64,000 nucleotides of DNA from Clostridium sp. (GTDB lineage: Bacteria > Bacillota > Clostridia > Lachnospirales > Lachnospiraceae). Location of the stretch: positions 16,027-80,026 of the forward strand of contig JAMPEW010000002.1 of assembly GCA_023664775.1 (NCBI GenBank), read 5' to 3'. Shown here one piece after another: positions 45,706-55,748 of the stretch; position 1 is the first letter of the stretch; each line of letters starts with the position of its first letter. A program made the position numbers and the translations under genes. The notes under the pieces are model-generated. The model worked only from the letters and a program-made list of their open reading frames with translations, did not search any database and was not told the origin of the DNA.

Positions 45706-46033
45706 AACAATACCCTCCTGTTATAATGGTATCTTATGGGTTTCAAGTTGTCAACCCTTATATTTTTCAATATTTGTTTCTTATTTCTAACCCACATATT
45801 TACTCACAAACACTGCCCTTTTATCAGATTCTCAACCCACAAGATGCCCTATCCGAAATAATACTGACCCCCTAAAGATATTCCAGCTAAATTTCCTACA
45901 GCTCCCCAAACGGTCGGCGTTGCCGTCCGAAGTAAAGCGAGTCGGGGGTGTATCTGTAACCCCGACTCTTTCTCCTGCTTGATTTTCGACCCTATATTTT
46001 TACTTCGTCTATTAAGCAACCTTATACATGAAA

Positions 46034-46759
46034 TTACTGTTTTTCCTCAAATACAAAAAATCTGTTACCGCAAAACTCATCAAAATTCTCAAACATTATC
46101 TCCACCCTATTAATCTTCTTCTCCGTATGATAATGCCCGCAATACCACTTCTCGTATTCCAGCCTGTCTTCAATTCTGTCCAGCCACTGCTCGGTAGTTT
46201 TATCCACCCGACCCTGAGCCACGCCTGTCATAAACACCTCTACCGGCTCATACTTCAGCGGTATGGTATGGCTCAGCACTACATCTACCTTCCACTTCAA
46301 TTTATCCAACTGACTTTCCACATACTGTTTTATCTCCTCAGAGGGCTGTTCATCCGACCACCAGCCATATCCATACATGAGCCGTACATCCTTATCAATG
46401 CTATATGCTCCACCCATAACAATAGTTTGTTTCCCGTCCAGATCAAATATTTCCCCATCCTTTGCAAACAACAGACTCGGATATTCTTCTTCACAATATA
46501 CTATGCCACCATGCCACGCCTTCTCCTTATAGCTATCAATGGTATATGGTCTCTGCTCGTGGTTTCCATGTATGCAAAACAGTGTAATTGGCAATGCCTC
46601 CAAAAACTCTTTTTTCTTTCTGTCGTAGATTTCTCCGCTGAAATTGACACCCACATCGCCAAGTATAATCAATATATCTTCCCGACTGGTTTCAAACCGT
46701 CTGCAAAAATTCTCTATACGTTCAAATTGTCCATGTGTATCTCCCGTTATATAAATCAT
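46034..46759 (-). CDS. Calcineurin-like metallophosphoesterase
   Basis: IYITGDTHG, ILGDVGVNF, IHGNHE, GHYH. Confidence 0.8.
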   Translation of the reverse strand: MIYITGDTHGQFERIENFCRRFETSREDILIILGDVGVNFSGEIYDRKKKEFLEALPITLFCIHGNHEQRPYTIDSYKEKAWHGGIVYCEEEYPSLLFAKDGEIFDLDGKQTIVMGGAYSIDKDVRLMYGYGWWSDEQPSEEIKQYVESQLDKLKWKVDVVLSHTIPLKYEPVEVFMTGVAQGRVDKTTEQWLDRIEDRLEYEKWYCGHYHTEKKINRVEIMFENFDEFCGNRFFVFEEKQ

Positions 46760-46880
46760 ATCTTTCCTTCCGAATACCCGCCATTCGACGGGTATTCCAT
46801 TATATTACAGCTTTCATTTCTAAACAAATATTCTGCTTATAACAGCTTTTAAGTCATCTTATCATGGAGCTGGCAGATAT

Positions 46881-47930
46881 TCAATCTTCAACCTCTCCCG
46901 CATTATCACCTTCTGACCTTTCCTCCCCATAGGTGATATACGGCACCTTCAGCCAGTGTGTCCATCTGCTCCCTGCCAGCTGTGTCCGCACCACGCCATA
47001 CCTTGTTCCCATCGCTTCCACGACCTCTCCGTTGCCGATATAGATGCCGATATGTCCTTCATGCCATACCGCAAGCCCCGGTATCTCAGGCATCGTATCT
47101 ATGGTTCCTTTTTCCACGGCATTTTCATACATGGCATCCGCTCCGATATCCGACATGCCGTTTGTCCCGTATTCTACTTGTCTTGTTTCCGTATTCAGCC
47201 ATCCGTATCCCTTTATCAGTCCCACACAGTCCGCTGTTCTTTTGCCATACCAGTTGGCACTGATAAAGTCCGCATAACCGCCTACTTCTTCCGGATACTG
47301 TTCTTTCTTGTAATCAAACAGCCTTCCATCCAGCACCTCACCGTAAGTTCCCCATACATAACCCCAGCCGGACTGTTCCGCATGCACTGCCCATTTTGCC
47401 AGGTCAACATTGTTTTTTACGGAAGGAGACGCATAATCAGAAATGTCAATATACGTCATTCGTATTCCATCCATTACTTTTGTAAACATTTCTACCGATA
47501 TGTCCGTTCCAAATGTTGCATTGACATTTGCAATCAGCTCCGCATCGGACTGTCCGTTGACAAAGCATCCGACCAGCTTTTCCAAAAAGCCGTCTTCCTC
47601 CGCCGCATCATATAAGGACATAAAATAAAGCATCTGTGCCTCATCCGCCCGTTCCGCCGTAAAGCCCGCATTCAATATGGCTGTTTTTATCTGCCCCGCC
47701 ATATCCTCCATGCGCTGCATTTCCTCTCCGCACGCAATCTCTATCTTATCCTTCAGGCTCTGGGTCTCCATATTCAGCTCACCCGTAAACATGGCAAGCA
47801 GTACCGCTATCGGCGTGACAATAACGATGATAATACCAAGCATGATTCCACAAACTGTCTTCAATGCCTTTTTATTCCCCAGCAAGGCAACGGCTATCTT
47901 TTTCAGTGCCGCCGCCACGGTAGCACTCAT
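46881..47930 (-). CDS. NlpC/P60-family cell-wall hydrolase of the conjugation apparatus
   Basis: N-terminal TM helix. C-terminal RTADCVGLIKGYGW ... WHEGHIGIYIGNGEVVEA (Cys/His papain-like motif). Confidence 0.8.
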   Translation of the reverse strand: MSATVAAALKKIAVALLGNKKALKTVCGIMLGIIIVIVTPIAVLLAMFTGELNMETQSLKDKIEIACGEEMQRMEDMAGQIKTAILNAGFTAERADEAQMLYFMSLYDAAEEDGFLEKLVGCFVNGQSDAELIANVNATFGTDISVEMFTKVMDGIRMTYIDISDYASPSVKNNVDLAKWAVHAEQSGWGYVWGTYGEVLDGRLFDYKKEQYPEEVGGYADFISANWYGKRTADCVGLIKGYGWLNTETRQVEYGTNGMSDIGADAMYENAVEKGTIDTMPEIPGLAVWHEGHIGIYIGNGEVVEAMGTRYGVVRTQLAGSRWTHWLKVPYITYGEERSEGDNAGEVED

Positions 47931-49765
47931 CGTCCACCTGCCTTCCCAAACAGCTCCGACTTATATTCCGGTGCAATAACCTGCAGCAAATATCTCTCAT
48001 TTCCGCACCGGTACAGACAGGTTCCCCTTTCCGGATAACGGATACGCTCAAACTCAGAAGCCTCAACCTGCAATGCATCCATAAAGTCCTTCGGATTAAT
48101 CTGCCCCGCATTAAACAGGAACTGATGCGTCGGAATGGAAAACAACGGTTTCGTATATTCCCGAATGGAAGGGATCAGGAAATCCTCTATATTCTGGCTC
48201 GCCAAAATGATTGACGAGTCTTTTTTCCGCACACGCTTCATGGCATTCCTGATATACTCAATGGCTGTCATGTTTGTCAGGAACAAATACAGTTCATCAA
48301 TGGATGCCGCCGTATTTCCTTTCCCCAGAAGTTCATTGGACATATAAGACAGGATATTAAACAGCATGGCATCCTTAAGCCTCTTATTGGTATCCATCAG
48401 TCCTTTTACCCCAAAGCATAAAAACTTATCATCGTTAATGTTTGTGTGTCCATTGAAATATCTGCTCTCCGCCCCTACACACATGGAATGAATGCCAAGA
48501 CATACTTCCTGCAGCATATTCTCCGTATACAGATATTTACGTGCGTGGTCGTAGGTCATGAATTCCTCCTCACACAGTTTATAAAAATCCTCCATAATCG
48601 GAAAATCTGTCGGCTGCTTCATGCTGTAATCCGTGCTGTCTGTAATGCCGAATCTTGCATAGAGTTTCATAAGCAGTATTTCTATCGTGTCAAGCTGTGC
48701 ATCCGTAAAATCCTTATACGCACGAAAGAAATCTTTTAAAAACGCTATATGCTGGCTGAGCCTCGTCACCTTTCGGAATGCTTCCGGCGTTCCTGCATCA
48801 ATATCCCCGGTACCGTCTGTCCATGCCTTAGGCTCCAGCGGATTAATCGTGTATGCTCCGGACATAAAATCGATATAGCATCCGCCCAATGCTTCCGTTA
48901 ATTCTTCATATTCCGCCTCCGGATCCAGACATATAACCGTCTTTCCCGACTCCCTGATATTCGTTAAAATGAGCTTCAGCAGATGGCTTTTTCCCTGCCC
49001 GGAATTGCCAAGTATGATTACGTTGCTTGTGGTCTTATCCTCACTCCTGCGGTCAAAGTCCACAAGAATGTTTGTGCCGAATTTATCCCTGCCGATATAA
49101 ATACCATTGGGATCTGTTTTCCCCGAAAAATTAAACGGATACAGATTTGCCGCCGAGCTTGCGGGCAGCACCCGTTCATACTGTGTTCCAAATTGATTTG
49201 CACCCACGGGCAAAACGGACAAAAATCCTTCTTTCTGCCGTAAGGTCAGCCTGTCCACGGAAATTTTGGAACGGGTCAGTTCCATTGCCACCTCACTCTG
49301 TATCTCTTTCAATGCTTCCATGTTTCCTGCCTTTAATTCGATGAATACGGAACAATGAAGCAATGGTTCTTTGTTTTTTCTGAGATTTGCCATCAGCTCA
49401 ACTACATCCTGAAGATTTCCCTCAGCTTCTATCGTCTCATTCACATCAGTTCCGCCGGACATCATTCGGTTCTTTCTTGCGGCATTCTGCATGATTTTCC
49501 GCTGCTCCATCGGTTCCACCATTCTGTGATATATCCTAAGTGTGACTCCGTTTCTGTCGGCAAGCTGTGACAAAATTGCCTGTTCCTCCGTGGACGGCGG
49601 ATATTCCCTGACTGCCCATACACACCTGTAACTGTCGCCGACAATATAATGGTCGGTAAAGAAACGCACGGCACCGGGCAAAATACAGTCAAAAAAATCT
49701 TTGGTACGAATTTCCTCCTGTTCCTCCAATGTCATAACCCTTGGCTTTCTTTTTAACATTTGCAT
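47927..49765 (-). CDS. virB4: VirB4-like conjugation ATPase, C-terminal (ATPase) part
   Basis: Walker A VIILGNSGQGKSHLLK, and SIILASQNIEDF. The N-terminus (DFFDCILPGAVRFFTDHYIVGDSYRCVWAVREYP) resembles the middle region of Tn916 ORF16-type proteins. Confidence 0.85.
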   Translation of the reverse strand: MQMLKRKPRVMTLEEQEEIRTKDFFDCILPGAVRFFTDHYIVGDSYRCVWAVREYPPSTEEQAILSQLADRNGVTLRIYHRMVEPMEQRKIMQNAARKNRMMSGGTDVNETIEAEGNLQDVVELMANLRKNKEPLLHCSVFIELKAGNMEALKEIQSEVAMELTRSKISVDRLTLRQKEGFLSVLPVGANQFGTQYERVLPASSAANLYPFNFSGKTDPNGIYIGRDKFGTNILVDFDRRSEDKTTSNVIILGNSGQGKSHLLKLILTNIRESGKTVICLDPEAEYEELTEALGGCYIDFMSGAYTINPLEPKAWTDGTGDIDAGTPEAFRKVTRLSQHIAFLKDFFRAYKDFTDAQLDTIEILLMKLYARFGITDSTDYSMKQPTDFPIMEDFYKLCEEEFMTYDHARKYLYTENMLQEVCLGIHSMCVGAESRYFNGHTNINDDKFLCFGVKGLMDTNKRLKDAMLFNILSYMSNELLGKGNTAASIDELYLFLTNMTAIEYIRNAMKRVRKKDSSIILASQNIEDFLIPSIREYTKPLFSIPTHQFLFNAGQINPKDFMDALQVEASEFERIRYPERGTCLYRCGNERYLLQVIAPEYKSELFGKAGGR

Positions 49766-49783
49766 TCTCCTCCGTTATCCTGC

Positions 49784-50371
49784 TTATCCCTCTTCCAAAA
49801 ACTGCCCGCCATCCACATCCGGCATCAGCTCCCCGTGCATGCTCGCACCGAAATATATGGCAAGAAAGCGTTTAATATCCTGTTTCTTCATTCTCTGCGC
49901 CTCAAATCCCTGCTCGGATATTACCTTCTCAATGCGGTTTGCCGTCTGAAGGACCTGTTCCGCCTTCATGGAATTGCATCTTCCCAGAAACATAAACTGT
50001 CTCGCCGTTGCCATTTCAGCCTGAATGGTATCCAGCATGTCCATATCCTTTTTCAGTAAATCCCTCACGTTCGGATTTGACTCCTCCATAAGCCGGTTCC
50101 TCAAATAAATTTTGTTATTATCAAAGCACTCACAGGAATCCGTGCAGGAAATCTCAATATTGGGTACTGCCGATAAAACCATCATCAGATGCCGGATTTT
50201 AACCTCGATATTTACGCCTGACAATACGGATATGTTGGTCGGTGCAACCAGATAAAACAAAAGCTCGCCCCTTACCGTGGCAAGCCCGTGTTTCGTAAAT
50301 GTTTTGATGCCCAAGAGTTCCTGTGTGGAACGTCCTCTTCCTTTTCGCATGTTCTTTCTCTCTCCCGCCAT
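49784..50371 (-). CDS. VirB4 N-terminal-domain protein (separate polypeptide)
   Basis: STQELLGIKTFTKHGLATVRGELLFYLVAPTNISVLS resembles the extreme N-terminus of ORF16/VirB4-type ATPases. 195 + 612 aa is about the size of one full-length VirB4. Confidence 0.6.
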   Translation of the reverse strand: MAGERKNMRKGRGRSTQELLGIKTFTKHGLATVRGELLFYLVAPTNISVLSGVNIEVKIRHLMMVLSAVPNIEISCTDSCECFDNNKIYLRNRLMEESNPNVRDLLKKDMDMLDTIQAEMATARQFMFLGRCNSMKAEQVLQTANRIEKVISEQGFEAQRMKKQDIKRFLAIYFGASMHGELMPDVDGGQFLEEG

Positions 50372-50373
50372 TT

Positions 50374-50634
50374 TTACCTCCAATAAAATTCCTGCTGCGT
50401 GGAAATGAAATAATGTACCGCATACCGAATAAAATCAAGCACGGTCGTGTCATCCAATCTTATGGTCAGAAATCCGAAGCAGAGCATTACTGCCGCAGGA
50501 GTCATAACCCTTAAATACACCAGCATTGTAACGGATATCAGTGCCGCAATACATAAAATCACAAAATCACGCAAACCCCACAGCCATAAATTGGCTGTGG
50601 CTTTCAAATTCTGCGGATATAAATAAACTGTCAT
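50374..50634 (-). CDS. PrgI/VirB3-like small membrane protein
   Basis: 86 aa with two TM helices, directly upstream of the VirB4 genes. Confidence 0.6.
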   Translation of the reverse strand: MTVYLYPQNLKATANLWLWGLRDFVILCIAALISVTMLVYLRVMTPAAVMLCFGFLTIRLDDTTVLDFIRYAVHYFISTQQEFYWR

Positions 50635-50662
50635 AAAATGCCCCCGTTTCCTTGACTGTCTG

Positions 50663-51595
50663 CTATTTCACTGCATGTGCCATGCTCCTTGTCAGATTTA
50701 CCGCCGTTGTCGTCGCATGAACCACGCTCATCATATTTACACGTACCGAACTGTCCAGACCAAACTGCTGTGCCACCCTTGGCACTTCATTTGCCGCAAG
50801 CATGATGCCAAGTGCCATCAGCATGTGCTGCGGAAAGGTAAGCAGCCCCAGAAACAACAGTGTCGTCTGCATAAATGCAGTCAGGCAAAGTGCCGCAATC
50901 TGCTTCATCCACTGGTTAAATCCATCCGTATAGCCTCTCGGTACCGAGAACATATACAATGCCCCAACCGCCATCTGTATCAGCAGAATGCCTCCCCGTT
51001 TGATATTGGCAAAAAATATTTTAATCACGCAATAGGCAAAGGCAATCAGTGATAACAGATTGAACAGCGACAGGGTTACCGTGCCGGATAATGCAAAGCA
51101 TCCCACCAGCACCGACGTACTTTCTCCCGACAGTCCGAGGCTCTGCTGTCCCGAAAATATCCGGGTCAGGTCACCAGCAAATGTATTTTGCAGACTGATG
51201 CAAAACTTATAAAGCTCTATGGGGACCGTGCCAATCAGCGAGCAGGCAAAAAAGCCTTTTATGATATTGATGGCTGTCGTCTTAATGTTTGCCCTGCCGC
51301 TCTGATATTCAATTGCCACGTCAAAGACCGCCACCACTGTTCCCGCAATAAATAGTGACCAGCCGAACAATGTGAACAGCGTAATGGTCGCTTTCATCCA
51401 CTCCAGTTCAAAAATATCGGCGCCCATATTTCCCATCAGGGTAAAAAATTCGGAAACCACATCATAAATCGTGTTATAAAACCATTCCAGCATCGCATCC
51501 CATATGGCATTTGATATATGTTCCCCCAATAACTCAAATGCCGAGCTTATGGCGTCGGCTATCCCGTCTATGAGGTCATCCACCCAACCAAACAC
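50663..51595 (-). CDS. VirB6/TrbL-like polytopic membrane protein
   Basis: About 6 TM helices. Position between the pilin-like and PrgI-like genes. Confidence 0.65.
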   Translation of the reverse strand: MFGWVDDLIDGIADAISSAFELLGEHISNAIWDAMLEWFYNTIYDVVSEFFTLMGNMGADIFELEWMKATITLFTLFGWSLFIAGTVVAVFDVAIEYQSGRANIKTTAINIIKGFFACSLIGTVPIELYKFCISLQNTFAGDLTRIFSGQQSLGLSGESTSVLVGCFALSGTVTLSLFNLLSLIAFAYCVIKIFFANIKRGGILLIQMAVGALYMFSVPRGYTDGFNQWMKQIAALCLTAFMQTTLLFLGLLTFPQHMLMALGIMLAANEVPRVAQQFGLDSSVRVNMMSVVHATTTAVNLTRSMAHAVK

Positions 51596-51709
51596 TTATC
51601 CCACCTCCCATCGGATTTGCACTCAGATATAAACAAAACTTTTGTTTTACACAGCTTTGTTTTGCTCATCTCTAAACCATTCCTTCTTCAGGCATTCTTC
51701 GTTTGAAGC

Positions 51710-52045
51710 TCATAGAATTGACCAGATATAAAGCGGTGCTGTCAATGTAAACAGCAGACAGGCAAATAAAATTGCCGGAGCGGTAAACTCAAACTGTCCA
51801 TGTTTGCGGTAATCAAAATATGCCGTTCCCAGCTTGACGAAAAACATAATCGCAAGCAGCATGTCGATTATGGGAAACACAACATTGTTGACAACCGTTT
51901 TAATCTGTCCCTGTGCTGCATTCCATGTGTTTTCAATCGCCTGTGCCACATTGCCGGAGGCATGTACGGGTACTGTCACGGCAGAAACTGCCACTACCAT
52001 TAAAGCTGCACACATCAATACTTTCATCCATGTTTTCTTACTCAT
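51710..52045 (-). CDS. VirB2/TrbC pilin-like protein
   Basis: Signal peptide MSKKTWMKVLMCAALMVVAVSAVTVPVHA followed by two hydrophobic helices. Start moved to 52045 after GGAGG. Confidence 0.55.
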   Translation of the reverse strand: MSKKTWMKVLMCAALMVVAVSAVTVPVHASGNVAQAIENTWNAAQGQIKTVVNNVVFPIIDMLLAIMFFVKLGTAYFDYRKHGQFEFTAPAILFACLLFTLTAPLYIWSIL

Positions 52046-52391
52046 TTTTTTCCTCCATTCCACTGTTTCCAAGTTCTTTGGCAAGCTCTTCATCACGAAT
52101 CATTCGAATGCGGATATTCAAATTCTTACAGAACATTATTTCAGCTTCCATCCCGCTGCTGATTGTATTGCCAAATACCCACATTTCATCGCAAAGCCAT
52201 AAAAGGCTCATACCCGCCCTTCTTCCAAGCTCCCGTTCCTTCGGTTCGTCATCATTCAGCACAAGGGCATAAAAATGCGGCACGACAGGTGCCATTCCGC
52301 ACATAAATGCATATTTTGCATACAGTTGTGCTTTTCTCAGATTGACACTTACATTCCCGCCAAGTGGTGCACAGATATACACTTTTTTCAT
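52038..52391 (-). CDS. DUF4406 / nucleoside deoxyribosyltransferase-like protein
   Basis: MKKVYICAPLGG... and ...DEMWVFG pattern. Confidence 0.5.
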   Translation of the reverse strand: MKKVYICAPLGGNVSVNLRKAQLYAKYAFMCGMAPVVPHFYALVLNDDEPKERELGRRAGMSLLWLCDEMWVFGNTISSGMEAEIMFCKNLNIRIRMIRDEELAKELGNSGMEEKNE

Positions 52392-52673
52392 TTACTCCCC
52401 ATCCCCGCTCTGTTTCTTTATGATAATGACTGCGGCAATGATACCCCCGGCAGCCGTCGTGCCAAGACCAATCAAAAAGCCTGAATTTGCAACATCCTTT
52501 GACGATGCTTTCTCCTCCGGCTCCGGCTTCTCCGTAAAATCAAAGTGATAATATTCCTTTGGAGCATATGCATCCGAATAGCTCTGCTCTGCATCCAATG
52601 TTTCCTGCGTTGCTGCCGATGATACCATACCCTGACATAAGAACAGGACTGTCATCAGAAACAGTCCTGCCAT
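52392..52673 (-). CDS. Small secreted, C-terminally anchored protein
   Basis: Signal-like MAGLFLMTVLFLCQGMVSSAA and a C-terminal TM helix GGIIAAVIIIKK. The start codon is uncertain. Confidence 0.45.
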   Translation of the reverse strand: MAGLFLMTVLFLCQGMVSSAATQETLDAEQSYSDAYAPKEYYHFDFTEKPEPEEKASSKDVANSGFLIGLGTTAAGGIIAAVIIIKKQSGDGE

Positions 52674-52701
52674 TCGTTTTAACTTTTTTATATTCACCCT
52701 C

Positions 52702-53136
52702 CTACATTTGCTGGGCAGCACTTTGTAATTCAGCCTCCGAAATATCCTCAGCCGTCCCATCCTGCATGTTCTGCTGCTCCACAAGGGCCTGTTCATACGC
52801 CCCCATTACTTTACTTATCAGTTCTATCCTTGCTTCTGCCGTAATCGGATGACAATAGGACTTGAACTGCTTTTCTCCCTGTGCATCCACATAACCGTAT
52901 GACGGCATTGCAACAAACAGCCCGTTCTTGGAATCCATAATCCTGATCTTGTGAATTGCAAATATTCCTCCGATGTTGACGCTTGCCACCGCCTTTGTCT
53001 TATTGTCCGCAAAGTCAAGCAGGGAATCAATCCTTGCCTCAATCGAAACCTTCCCCGTTTTTGCTTCTTCTTTAGAAGCCAAAGCCCGATGTCCGTTCTT
53101 TGGTTGTGCCGCTGTGGTCTGTTTTTTTACTGCCAT
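52702..53136 (-). CDS. spoVG: SpoVG-family protein
   Basis: AVASVNIGGIFAIHKIRIMDSKNGLFVAMPSY...HPITAEAR matches the SpoVG core. Confidence 0.75.
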   Translation of the reverse strand: MAVKKQTTAAQPKNGHRALASKEEAKTGKVSIEARIDSLLDFADNKTKAVASVNIGGIFAIHKIRIMDSKNGLFVAMPSYGYVDAQGEKQFKSYCHPITAEARIELISKVMGAYEQALVEQQNMQDGTAEDISEAELQSAAQQM

Positions 53137-53195
53137 TGCTTTTCCTCCTCGTTTCTTTCATATATTGCCTGCCACTGTCCTGTTTTTCATATGCT

Positions 53196-53873
53196 TTACC
53201 ATGTCATAAATAAAAAGCCCGTATGCTCCTGAATTTCCTCCTGTGTGATATCTTCATCCGGTTTTTCAAAACACTTGGCATATTGCCCCATCTGCTCCTC
53301 CGTCAGGGAACAGAGTTCCTCTCCGTTATCCCCTGCAACAAAAAATGGGCCGCAGAGTACGTCGCCTTCCACACGGCGGTTCCCCTCCATCCCGTTGATT
53401 TTGCTTTCTTCATTTATGACGGTAACCGTGTTATCCTCGTTGTAAATATACTCAACCAGACCGCCTACCGCTCTCTGCTGTCCCTGAAGTGTATTTTCCA
53501 GTTCTGTGGCATAAGGTGCCTTGTGTGGTTCCACATATAACACCCGTATCAGATTCTCCGGTTTTTGCGTGAGCCCTGTGTCAAAATCAATGTTCCGAAA
53601 GCCAACGGAACAGCAGAAATATGCCTGTCCCTCCAGCACTGCCACATCCGACACTGACAAAGAGTGTCCCCGAAACAGCGGATGTCCTTCCTGATTGAAA
53701 CGCCGGAACAGTTCCTCCATATCCGTTGTATCAAGCTCTCCGTCAAATACCTCATCATAGATTGCCGCATCAACCTTTGGACTTTCCTGAAACTGTTTCA
53801 GCATATCAAAGTCAAGGAATTTCACCCGGTTCTTATCCCGCTCGGTGTTAATCTGATATAGCTTAATTCTCAT
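53196..53873 (-). CDS. YodL-like plus DUF3846-like ICE protein
   Basis: MRIKLYQINTERDKNRVKFLDFDML...RGHSLSVSDVAVL (YodL-like), then LIRVLYVEPHKAPY...GPFFVAG (DUF3846-like). Confidence 0.65.
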   Translation of the reverse strand: MRIKLYQINTERDKNRVKFLDFDMLKQFQESPKVDAAIYDEVFDGELDTTDMEELFRRFNQEGHPLFRGHSLSVSDVAVLEGQAYFCCSVGFRNIDFDTGLTQKPENLIRVLYVEPHKAPYATELENTLQGQQRAVGGLVEYIYNEDNTVTVINEESKINGMEGNRRVEGDVLCGPFFVAGDNGEELCSLTEEQMGQYAKCFEKPDEDITQEEIQEHTGFLFMTW

Positions 53874-53884
53874 TGTTCTCCTCC

Positions 53885-54601
53885 TTACTGCATGGTCATG
53901 TCATGAGACGCATCCTCCTGCTGTGTCATTTCCCTTATCCGCTCCGCCGCCCAAGCCGGAACGTATTCCTCTTTTAATATCCCGATAATATCCTCCCGTT
54001 GATAAAAGGTCTGTTCTCCATCCTTGATATACCGTCCGTATACCTTTCTTCCCCTCGCATTCGGGCTGCAGCCAAAACCTCCGATTGCAAGAAACAACTG
54101 ATCCTCTGGCGTTTTATATTCATCCTTTAACACATGCGGATTTATCACCACAATCCTTCCGCTATAGTCCGTTTCCTCCTTCGCCTCGCAATGCTCCTTA
54201 CCGAATAGTCCGAGTGCCTGCCATTCCTGCCGCACCTGATTGATAAAACCATCCAAAACTGCTGGATGGCTTTCCACACTGTAGTCCCGGCAATGGTTTT
54301 CCTTCGGAATAAAAAAAGAACGTGCCCATTCCCTGTTATCTGCGGAAAAACGTCCGTCCTGATGTTTTTCCTTTATGGTATTGGCAAGCACCCACATGAC
54401 ACGCTCAAATCCAAACCGTGAAATGATGGATTGGGCACAATCCTGCTTGAAAACCATTCCGTCAAAATTCTCACGGATGGATGCCTCAATGCTTCTTGCA
54501 CATACACAATTTTCATTATAGCTTTCCTTCCATAATGCTTTTTCGCCACAGCGAACCGCCTCCCGCATGGAATATTTATATAATGCAGCTCTTTCTGACA
54601 T
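53885..54601 (-). CDS. DUF3849-like ICE protein
   Basis: LYKYSMREAVRCGEKALWKESYNENCVCARSIEASIRENFDG. Confidence 0.6.
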   Translation of the reverse strand: MSERAALYKYSMREAVRCGEKALWKESYNENCVCARSIEASIRENFDGMVFKQDCAQSIISRFGFERVMWVLANTIKEKHQDGRFSADNREWARSFFIPKENHCRDYSVESHPAVLDGFINQVRQEWQALGLFGKEHCEAKEETDYSGRIVVINPHVLKDEYKTPEDQLFLAIGGFGCSPNARGRKVYGRYIKDGEQTFYQREDIIGILKEEYVPAWAAERIREMTQQEDASHDMTMQ

Positions 54602-54653
54602 TCTGCTCTCCTCTTCCCGACAGATACCGTAGTTCTGCCATACTTAAATTTAC

Positions 54654-55634
54654 TTATCCTCTGCTTCTGCCTGTAATGATAATTTCTCTCAATCTTTCTT
54701 CCTCGTCCTGACAACACATCGCATCCAAATCAAGCAGTGTCAATTGTCTCGGCTGGTTCCGCTCTCTTTCGTACAGGTCATAATTACCTATGAGAAGCTC
54801 CGGAAATTCCTTTCCCGCCTCATATTTTTGCACCATAGAGTGAATGCGGTGAAAATCAAAAAACTGATATCCTGCATACAACTCCCTGATTTCCGGGCAG
54901 TCATTATAAGAGACCAGCCATTTTCCTTCTGTCTGTGCCAGCGTATCTCTCAGCCGGACATGGTCCTCCCATGAAAATCCGCATGCATACACATACTCGC
55001 TTGTAAAATATGGCGGATCACAGTAAAAAAAAGAATCAGGTCTGTCGTAATGCTTTATCAGCACCTCGAAATCCTGATTCTCTATCATGACATGATCCAG
55101 CCTCCTGCTTACCTCCCATATTAAAGAAAACAGACTGCATATGGAAAACGGCTGGCAGGCATAGCTCTTGCCTGCACTTGCATAGCTGTAACGCAGCAGT
55201 TTCAAAAACATAACCGCCCGTCTCAAATCATACTGCTCCGTGGATGCTTTATACAACTCACGAATTTCCTCCGTCTGAATCTCCGGCAGAAGAATGGTTG
55301 TCATTTCCATTTCCTGTTCCAAAAACCTGTCGTCAAATTCCTCCTTCTCAAAAAATTTCTTTATCACCCGAAAATCATCCCTTGCATTTAGATTCAGAAA
55401 CCCCAACGCACGGATAAATGCCAGCGGTCTGTCCCGCATACAGCAAAACAGATTTACAAGATTGTGGTTAAAATCATTGTATACTTCAAACTTGTCCGCA
55501 CTTTTCTTTCCAAGCAGCACGGCTCCCGAACCGCCGAAGGGTTCTATATATCTTCCGTAAGATGTCGGGAACAGGGCATATAAGATATGCAGGACGGAGG
55601 TTTTATTCCCCACCCAGCTTACAGGGGTTTTCAT
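54654..55634 (-). CDS. dam: Orphan N6-adenine DNA methyltransferase (Dam/D12 class)
   Basis: WVGNKTSVL, YIEPFGGSGAVLL, FYCDPPYF. No adjacent endonuclease gene. Confidence 0.85.
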   Translation of the reverse strand: MKTPVSWVGNKTSVLHILYALFPTSYGRYIEPFGGSGAVLLGKKSADKFEVYNDFNHNLVNLFCCMRDRPLAFIRALGFLNLNARDDFRVIKKFFEKEEFDDRFLEQEMEMTTILLPEIQTEEIRELYKASTEQYDLRRAVMFLKLLRYSYASAGKSYACQPFSICSLFSLIWEVSRRLDHVMIENQDFEVLIKHYDRPDSFFYCDPPYFTSEYVYACGFSWEDHVRLRDTLAQTEGKWLVSYNDCPEIRELYAGYQFFDFHRIHSMVQKYEAGKEFPELLIGNYDLYERERNQPRQLTLLDLDAMCCQDEEERLREIIITGRSRG

Positions 55635-55748
55635 AACCGCACCTCCTCAATCGTTTCCGGACCTTCCTCGGAATCTTCCGATGAAAGGCCTCATCCTTAT
55701 CCCTCAAGCAGCTGACACTGCTTCTTTGAACCGGTATTTGCCATACAC

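Noticed and set aside
46028-46852. 274-aa plus-strand ORF
   Set aside because: It lies entirely antisense to the well-supported metallophosphoesterase gene (GDTHG/GNHE motifs). Its product is low-complexity and Leu/Ile/Phe-rich, and it has no RBS.
46956-47615. 219-aa and neighbouring plus-strand ORFs
   Set aside because: They are antisense to the NlpC/P60 hydrolase gene. Their products are Cys/His/Arg-rich nonsense typical of the reverse frame of GC-richer genes.
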